From positions 254,852-318,851 of the forward strand of contig NW_005434615.1 of NCBI RefSeq assembly GCF_000315625.1: a stretch of DNA of 64,000 nt, read 5' to 3'. The DNA comes from Guillardia theta CCMP2712 (taxonomy: Eukaryota; Protista; Cryptophyta). The translations under genes were made by a program, and so were the position numbers. How positions within the stretch are numbered: position 1 is the first letter of the stretch; each line of letters opens with the position of its first letter. The notes below the pieces were generated by a model. The model ran no database searches. It saw only the letters and a program-made list of their open reading frames with translations, and was not told where the DNA came from. Of the stretch, positions 56,282 through 64,000 are shown in pieces.

Positions 56282-58513
56282 TCATATCCCGAGCCCTCCA
56301 GCATGATATAGTTTCGCGAGCTTGCCGCACATGGCCAGGTCAGACTGCAGGGTAGCGATAAGGAGGCTAGCGTCCTTTCTCTCGTGGATCGCCTGTAAGA
56401 TCGCCAAGACCTTGGGGTCGCGCAAGATTTTCTTCACCTCCTCGTCCTCCCTCAACCTCTCCATCAGCTCGGGCAAGGGCGCCTGGCGCTGTCGACATTG
56501 ATGTTACCCTCCTCACGCAGATCAAGGAACTACCTGTCTCCCTCCCTCGCAGACGAGCTTCACCAGACAGTCTCGCAGCATCGCAAGGTTGTTCTTGTCC
56601 TCCTCCTTCAGCTCATACGCTCGCAGGCAGCTCTCCAGCATTTTCCAGTCCTCCCCGAGCACCTCGTGTGCGCGGCCCTTGAGCATGTGGCTGACGAGCC
56701 AGTCAGACGATCCTGGAGGCTGATGGAAGAGGAAGAGATCAAGAGACTTACGCAGTGTGCCAGTCGGGCTTCAGCTCTACACACCTCTCTGCATCCGCTA
56801 GCGCTTGCCTGCCACCAACAGTCACTCAGCAGGGGCAGCAGGGGCAGCAGCAGGAGCAGGAGCAGGAACAATCGAGTTCACCGTCCCCTCTTCATCTCAA
56901 TGAAGCACGCAGAACGATTGGAGTAGAGCAAGTATGCGTCTGCTCGCTCAGCCTTCGAGTCTGCTGCCTCTGCTTTGTTGTAGAACTGGATTGCAGCTGC
57001 AAACTGCGACAGAGGAAGTGAGATCTACTCTACAAGGAGGGAGGAAACAACTTACATTGCCCTCCTGAAACATCCTGTCCCCGTTCGCCGTCTCCTCCTT
57101 GGCATCGTCCATTCTCCGTACCCATTCCAACTTCCTGAGGGTCTCCTCCTTCTTCTGCGTCAACTCCTCCTTCATGTTCGCCTCCACATGTCGATCCAGC
57201 AGTGCATCCTGTCAGGACCTTATCCTCGCCCTCCTCCCTCCACTTCTCTCACTCCACCTCCACTGCGCTCAAGATCTGCTCGACCCCCTTTCTCTCGTCT
57301 TTCGAGTCCTTTGCGCTCAACTCCAGGATCCTGCCCATCTTGAGGAGGGAGATAAAACTCTCTGTGCTGCTGTACCTGATCTTCTTCCTGTACACCCGGG
57401 TCAAAGTCGAAAGGTCTTCTCCTTTCCCCGCCCCCCCCATCCGCTCGTGACAGCAGCGGATCGCCTCTTCCATGTCTTTGAGCGCGGCAGTGTATGAGCT
57501 CAGCTCTGTGTATGCCGTTGCCCTGCTGGGAGATAAAAATCTCTGCGAGGAGGTCGACGAGGGTGACCTATTGGAGTAGAGCAGCGGATGAGGGCTCAGC
57601 TTTATCCCTTTGTCGTAGTACCTGCCAAAGCATAAGGAGCCTTTATCTACTCCTCTTCCTTGAACCCCCTCGAGCTTTCCTCCTCCTCCTCCTCCTCCTC
57701 CTCCTCCTCCTCCTNNNNNNNNNNNNNNNNNNNNNNNNNNNNNNNNNNNNNNNNNNNNNNNNNNNNNNNNNNNNNNNNNNNNNNNNNNNNNNNNNNNNNN
57801 NNNNNNNNNNNNNNCTTCCTCCTCCTCCTCCTCCTCCTCCTCCTCCTCCTCCTCCTCCTCCTCCTCCTCCTCCTCCTCCTCCTCCTCCTTGTGCTCCTGG
57901 TGCTCTCCTCATTCTCACCCTATCGCATCGCGATATCTCCTCGCCTTGTACATCTCATTTCCTCTATCCTGAAGTTGGAGCAAGTCAATCAAGAAGTTCC
58001 AAGAGGCCAGCAGGAGTGAGAGGAGCTCAACATCAGTGCAAGTACAAGAGGAGGAGCAAGAGGAAGAGCAGAAGGCACCTTTTGCACGTCTGCCATCTTC
58101 TGCCTCCACGTCGCTTCCTCCTCCACAGCCTCACCCTCACCTTCGAGGGCGCAAGGTCAACGTCCTAGCGCGTTGAGGGGAAGGAGGGACCTTTCCAAGA
58201 GAGCTGAGCCCTCTGCTCGTACACCTCATGGTCCCACAACAGCCGCAGCGATCGCGTCCAGCAATCCCATGCTCCTCTCTGTCAGCTTCAGTCTCAGTTT
58301 CCTTCCTCCCCCCCCCTCTCCCTAACGATTTCTCCTTCTACCTCTTCCTCTTCCTCTGCCCACAGACCCCTTCACACCCCTCTACCCATCCTCCTCCTCC
58401 TCACCTCATCCCCTACACGGCAGCATTCCTTCGCCCTCTTATCCCACTCGCCAGGCTGTAGGCAGCATCAGCAACTTCCAGATGCTCAAAATTCCGCTTA
58501 CCTCCACAATTTT

Positions 58514-58554
<41 letters not shown>

Positions 58555-60802
58555 CCTCACACTCTTCCTTCTCATCACACTCTTCCTCCTTCCTACAACC
58601 ATCTCGGCTGCTCCTCGTGGTTCAGCGATCAGAACTCGTGAGTTCAAGACAAGACTCACCTGCTTCGCTCTTCCTCTTTCTTCAAGTTTGATGGGTGAGG
58701 TGCATTTACAGCTCCTTGCTCAGCAGCAGTATCTCTCAACTTTCGCTCCTCCTTCAACATCGCTTCGTTCGAGCCGTCGACTCCAAACAAGTTGTCGAGC
58801 TTTTCCTTCACCTGGAGGTGAAACAATGAAAACTGTCTCTCCTTTCTCCTCCTCCTCCTCCTCCTCCTCCTCCTCCTCCTCCTCCTCCTCCTCCTCCTCC
58901 TGAAACCGTCCTCTCTGTTTCTTCCTCCTATTCCTCTAGTTCACCTCAACATTATTCGGGTCGAGGGAGAGAGCTTCCAACAGTGCTTCCTTGGCGAGGT
59001 CCTTGTCTCCCATCCTGCACGCGGCAGCTTCAACCCCCTGCTCCTTCTCGAGCATTCATACTGCTTCACCTCATGTGCGCTGTTCCCTTGCGAGCCAGCG
59101 CTCTCACCACGAGACCCTCGCCCACCTCCTCCCTCTGCATCGCAAGGATCTCTTCACACAGCTTCAGGCAGTCTCCTGGCCTTCCCATTTCCAGCAAGCA
59201 CGCAGCAGCGTTGAGAGGATGCTTAGCGCTGGCAGGGTCCAGCTCACCAGCCTCCTGGAAGAGAGACAGAGCTCGAGAGAACCTGCAAGGTTTATCAGCT
59301 CGTTCCTCCTCAAGCTCAGCTGGACTTCTTCTTGCGGTACAGCTCCTTTCCTTCTTCGCCCCTCTCCTCCGCCTGCAGCATGCCACAGGACATGGTCAGA
59401 GAGAGCTCCGAGACAGCTGGAGGAGACCTTCTTCCTCTTGGATTGGACCTCCTCCTCCTCCTTTCTCAGCACATGCACATCCACGAAGCGCCAGACTCGA
59501 CAAGTTGCATCCTCCCCGGCACTGCAGCGAAAGGAACGCTCATCCTCACCTCCTGCACCGCTTGCTCGCACGTTCGTACCTCACAGCACACAGTCTGTTC
59601 GCCGTGATGGCGCAGACAGCAGCACGATGGCCCTCGAGGATGTGAAGGCTCTGCTGAGAAAGCACATCCCACAGCATCACCTTCCCGTCAGCGTGCCCTG
59701 TGAGCGCCAGGTGGCTGAAGCGAAGGGGCGATTCGTCACATCGAGACAGCCTGGGATGGAAGCTTCAGCCTTCAGCAGGAGGTGAGTGGAGCATGCTGGA
59801 CCGGTGGGTCAGGCAGTTGACGGGAGCGGTAGTGAAGGAGCCAAGGAGCCGCCCGTTTGCGATGTTCGCGAACCTCACGCACTCTCTGCCTCCTGCTGGC
59901 ATGGGCCCGTCCTCTCCAGCGCTCAGCAGGAAGTTCTTGACACACAGCATGTGAACAACTCGACCCGAGTGCCTTCGGAGCAGGAAGACTCGTTCACCGC
60001 TGGACTGCCTCCGCACGTCAATGGCTCCGTCCGACCTCCCAAGGATGAACGCATCGCGATCCTCTACGGTCAGGAAGCATGTCACAGAATGGCCTTCATC
60101 TGCATCCAGCAGTCCAGAGATGGTCTTCGTGCCGACATCGGAGAGGATGCGGAGGGAGCCTCCTGTACCCGCGAGAATCGCCTGCTTTCTCCACGTGCTC
60201 ATGAAACTCATCTCGTCGGCTGGGAAGAACGACACGATCTGGAACTCGGGACTGGAGGAAGGTACACTCTCCTCCCCTTTCATGCGCAGGATCCACACAA
60301 AACTTCCCCGCTGTGACCTGCCCATGATGCAAAACACTTCGTCTTCCACTTCCATACGCTTCATGCTGAAAGACAACCACTGACGACCAAGTCAGTTTGG
60401 CGCCACGCACGCAGACCACTCACATCGGGTAGAAGAGATACTCTGAAGTCCATCAAGTTGGTCTCTGCAGACAGAAGACATCCTTCTTCTGACTGCCTGT
60501 CTACTCTCCACAGCTTCACCCTGGCGTCTTTTCCTAGGGTGATGAACGTGATAGGTGAGGCAGGAGTAATTTTGCTGTACACCGTCGCAATGCCCTCTAC
60601 AGGCCCATCATGAGCTTTGATCACGCTGCCAGATGAACTTCACTGCTAACTTTGCACACTTTGCATCTGCGTACCTGATGGGTTTCCTTTTCTGCTCATC
60701 GAGCACTCGCACAGTCCCATCCTGCTCCCCCGACACCAGGAGGTCCAAGTCTGGCAGGAGCAAGAGCCGAGTAGAGCATGCTCCGACAAGCCAAACCTCC
60801 AT
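56282..60802 (-). CDS. WD40-repeat + TPR + C-terminal STI1/DP-domain protein (HOP/STI1-like fusion), multi-exon
   Basis: WD40-like motifs LVSGEQDGTVRV, AHDGPV..TLGKDARVKLW and SAGEDATCRVW. TPR2A-like AEERGEEGKELYRKKKFSRALSLFQEAGELDP..NAAACLLEMG; further TPRs LQDRGNEMYKARRYRDAI and AKEETANGDRMFQEG. C-terminus EVKKILRDPKVLAILQ..LYHAGGLGI*. Confidence 0.7.
57679..57888. repeat. (CCT)n microsatellite containing a 100-N assembly gap (57715-57814)
   Basis: Directly visible; exactly 100 N suggests a placeholder gap of unknown size. Confidence 0.95.
58846..58901. repeat. (CCT)n microsatellite, probably intronic; a (CCTGCT)n tract also lies at ~58516-58551
   Basis: Directly visible. Confidence 0.9.
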
Positions 60803-61237
60803 CCGGTAGCTCCCTGTCCTCCATGATCCTTCCGCTATATCTGAGCTAATCCAGAGCGAGTCAGATGAAATCGCCTCTCTATTTTTGTCGCAGCCCTGCT
60901 ACCCTTCGTGGCACTATTTCACACCAAGTCGCCTCCTTCCAACCGTCACACTATCCCTACCTCCTCCCCCCTACCCCCCCAAGTAACAACCTTTAGCACT
61001 TCTGTTATCCTCCCTTGTCGTTTTGTTCTCCTCTTCCTTCAGCGCGCTTCTCCTCTCCTTACCTCGTCTCCACCATTTCCTCCGACAAACAAAGGATCTG
61101 CAACGGCTACAACGGGCTATGCAACGTCGAAAACGGGCCCGGGCGGGCCGGCCGGCCCCGGTTGGTGTGACTAGCCAGGTGACTAGCAGTGACTAGTGAG
61201 CTTAAGGGGATGAGGGCCGGATTTGGCGTCATCAGCA

Positions 61238-62442
61238 TGAGCGCCTGCGCTGTCGGGAACGAGAGCGCAAGGGATGGGAAGAAGCATGGCGCTGCTCACA
61301 TCATACGGGCAGCTCTAGGAGACATCGTCCCCAAGAGTGGCCCTGTTCTGAGCATCCACTATGACAAGAGAGGAGCGAAGATGGCGGTGCAGTATGATGG
61401 AGACGATTGTGCGGACAAAAAAGGGGAAGTGGAGGATGCTGCAAACAATATCTGTGAGTTATACTCTGCTGAGCCTCCCTAGCTCATGTGTTGATGTATC
61501 AGAATGATCAGAATACCAAATATGCCATGACTTCTTGTGATGTGTTTCGACACTTCTGGAACCCTTTCTGTCATGTGGTTCTTATCCTTGAGACCTTTTT
61601 TCCCTTTGAAATCTGTTGTGTTGTGTTACTGTTGATGTTCTTTACAGGTTCCAAGAACACAGACCTTAACTCTGTAAGTGAATACACTTTTCATCCACCT
61701 TCCGGTATCATGTGCCAGAACCCGCGCTCACCTTTGTATTCCAGCTCAAGTTGTGCGACGCGGATAAAGCCAGCTTGAGCTCATTCGAATCCGCGACAGC
61801 GAGTGACATTGGAGGTAAGTCTCAGAAATTCTTTCTCAATTCCAAGCAAAGGAGATCGTTGCATCATTTTTTTAAATTTCTTGTCACCTCACTTGTGCTT
61901 GTAAGGTGTGACGTTGAAAAAGTTTTCCTGCAACGCCGGAAAGCAGCAGATAATCATCGAATATGCACTTGGAGCGGCGAAAAAAGCTTCAGAACCAGAA
62001 CAAACTCAGGCAAAGGCTGCCCAGCCAAAAAATGCTGCGAAGGGTAAGACCGCAATCTCACAGCCTTCATCCTACGAGAGTGTGCCCCAGGTCTGATCTT
62101 GAGAGTTTCCCACGGCTGCGTGATTCCACTTGAATTTCCAGGTATCGGCCCACATGGCAGAGTCTATTCTTGCCATGCTCTTGCAAGAAGGAGTCACGTT
62201 GGACGGCAAGGAGGAGCAGCTGAAGAACAAGATGCAAGGTGATTTTGGTGGTTTCAAATCGCCCCGGCATTGAACAAAGGACAACAGAGTTGATCACTAC
62301 ACCTCTTGTGGCTCTAAAGAACACGTCGTATACTTCTGGTGTGTTATGAATGCATTCATGTGGTCATGATATTTTGTTTGCAGGTTTCCATTCCAACAGA
62401 AATCAGGCACCCACACCAAACTTTGTGGTTCGAAGGAACTGA
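61238..62442 (+). CDS. Hypothetical multi-exon protein with a degenerate AlaX/ThrRS-AlaRS editing-domain-like N-terminus
   Basis: KHGAAHIIRAAL (HxxxH), EVEDAANNI, TASDIG.VTLKKFS..IIEYALG, then a Lys/Ala-rich linker and a helical C-terminus (..LKNTSYTSGF..). Several splice junctions are unresolved. Confidence 0.4.
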
Positions 62443-62762
62443 AGTAAAGATCGATGACTATATTTTGCAAAAACACAATGAATGCACTGGAGAATGCAAG
62501 ATCAGCAATGAAAACAGGTCCCCCAACACCTTTTCCCCCACTGCCATTCCTTTAAAATGGTTGATGGAGAGTATCCGAGAATACAAACAAGAAGAGGATA
62601 CAAGAAGAATGGAAGTTGTACTACAAACGTAACAAGAATCTTTGTTCGCACATGATTTGACTGTCATAATCTGCTAAGAAAACCAAGGTTCTCGTTCTAG
62701 AGAATTGTCGAGCTGTGCCAGATAGTCAGGTTTTATCTGAGGGGCTCCTGAGCATGTTTAAT

Positions 62763-63764
62763 TTAGTTTCCTTTTTGCATTGCCTCCATCGCATCCCTGT
62801 GCAGCATGTTGTGTTCCTCACCAATGGGATAATTGCAATCAATGTGAAGTTCAGTGTCTTTCACAAACGTCTTGAGCTTCTTATCAAGATCCTCAGAATC
62901 ACTGCCAGTCAACGTTCGAACATACTGGGCAGGACGGCCCTGCCAGACCTCATTTGCTGGAATACGACGACCTGGGGGGACAATAGAGCCAGGGCCAACT
63001 TGGGCACCAGCTTCAACCAAAGCTCCCTCGCAGATCACAGAGTTGGCACCAATGACGACTCTGTCCTGGATGGTGCAAGACCTCAGGTAACATCCTGGTT
63101 CTATCGTGACGTAGTGTCCGATCGTAACACTCTTTTCGAGATCCTCCAGACGTCCTCCACTCTCATCGGTATCGATAGAAATATCGGTCATATCACTGTC
63201 TGATGTGATGACGCTGTTTTCACCCACTTGACACCGAAACCCTATCAGCACAGGTCCTTCGTCACCTCTGATCACTGATCCATAGTACACTGCAGAGTTG
63301 TCCCCGAGAGTGACATCTCCAACGATGGTAGCATCGGGTGCCACAAATGTTCCCTGTGCGATGTCGGGTATCGCGGTGCCAATGGGAATGCTGACCCGAT
63401 GTCTGTGGACTGCAAAAACGAATCACTCGCGATTCTATGTACCATCGCATGGATTAAGGAGACGGCAACACATCATCATATTTTGGTCTAGGATCGAGCA
63501 TGGAGTGATTTTGAAAACACACACAAGCACACCACAAACAAAGAGCTACTCACAAGCTTTGCTGAGCTCCACGATAGACGTTTTGACGTCCATATTCATG
63601 AGCTTGCCAGCTTCACTGTATCGATCCTCGGGCTTCTCAGCCTCTTTGGGGTCAAGGAAAGAGTTTCCAGGATTGTTCATGCTTTGGAGATGCCTGACAG
63701 GGAAGGGCCTGACAATCTTCACCCCCACTGGCATGAGCTTCTTCAGCATGTTTCCGCGGAGCAT
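62763..63764 (-). CDS. CAL: Gamma-carbonic-anhydrase-like protein (mitochondrial complex I CA-module subunit, non-catalytic CAL type)
   Basis: Hexapeptide repeats FVAPDATIVGDVTLGDNSAVYYGSVIRGD, YLRSCTI and VPPGRRIPANEVWQGRPAQYVRTLT; basic presequence-like N-terminus MLRGNMLKKLMPVGVKIVRPFPVR; three exons. Confidence 0.85.
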
Positions 63765-64000
63765 CGCGGCGGCGTCGAGGTCGATACAATTTTCCTATGA
63801 CCTCCCTAGGACCAGTTGCACCATCTCCTCGTAGGATAGCTACAAGTTTTCCTCGGACCAATCAAGATAGTCCCTACCATTTGGTAATACTCTCAGGTCA
63901 TAGAAAGGTACTATTTCCCTAGAGCTGTTCGAACGCCCTACGACACCATTGTGCCTCATCCCCACTAAACCCGGCCACCGCTGTGGTGACTCAGCCGTTC

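Noticed and set aside
57494-58168. ORFs spanning the N run
   Set aside because: Made of (CCT)n plus an assembly gap inside the minus-strand TPR gene.
62339-62632. 97-aa ORF as the last exon of the AlaX-like gene
   Set aside because: Splice phase favours the frame ending ..FVVRRN* at 62442; the rest is probably 3' UTR, though this is uncertain.

Overview
Eukaryotic nuclear DNA with short, mostly 42-70 nt GT-AG introns and one 100-N scaffold gap. Intron size, composition and gene content suggest a cryptophyte alga such as Guillardia theta; this is inference and was not confirmed. About 49 kb is occupied by two tandem giant + strand genes. Gene A (<1..~26268, 5' end outside the window) encodes a single-pass membrane protein of roughly 8,000+ aa: about 45 bacterial-style Ig-like 'DxxGN' repeats with an inserted Cys-rich module and C-type lectin, then an EAR/EPTP propeller, a REJ-like region, a degenerate GPS motif, Cys-rich/EGF modules, a TM helix and a short tail. 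Gene B (27283..49160) encodes a secreted protein of roughly 6,500-6,900 aa built from about 18 filamin-type Ig repeats carrying about 17 inserted PA14 domains. Those domains in turn carry nested modules that resemble repeats in phage virion proteins, and one such module also occurs in gene A. The rest (49.4-64 kb) is compact and rich in microsatellites. It holds a RecQsim-like helicase, a TPR protein, a CRAL-TRIO protein, an apparent WD40-HOP/STI1 fusion, an AlaX-like protein and a mitochondrial gamma-carbonic-anhydrase-like protein. Exon boundaries and domain calls were made by eye without database searches. No rRNA, tRNA, CRISPR array or recognisable transposon was found.
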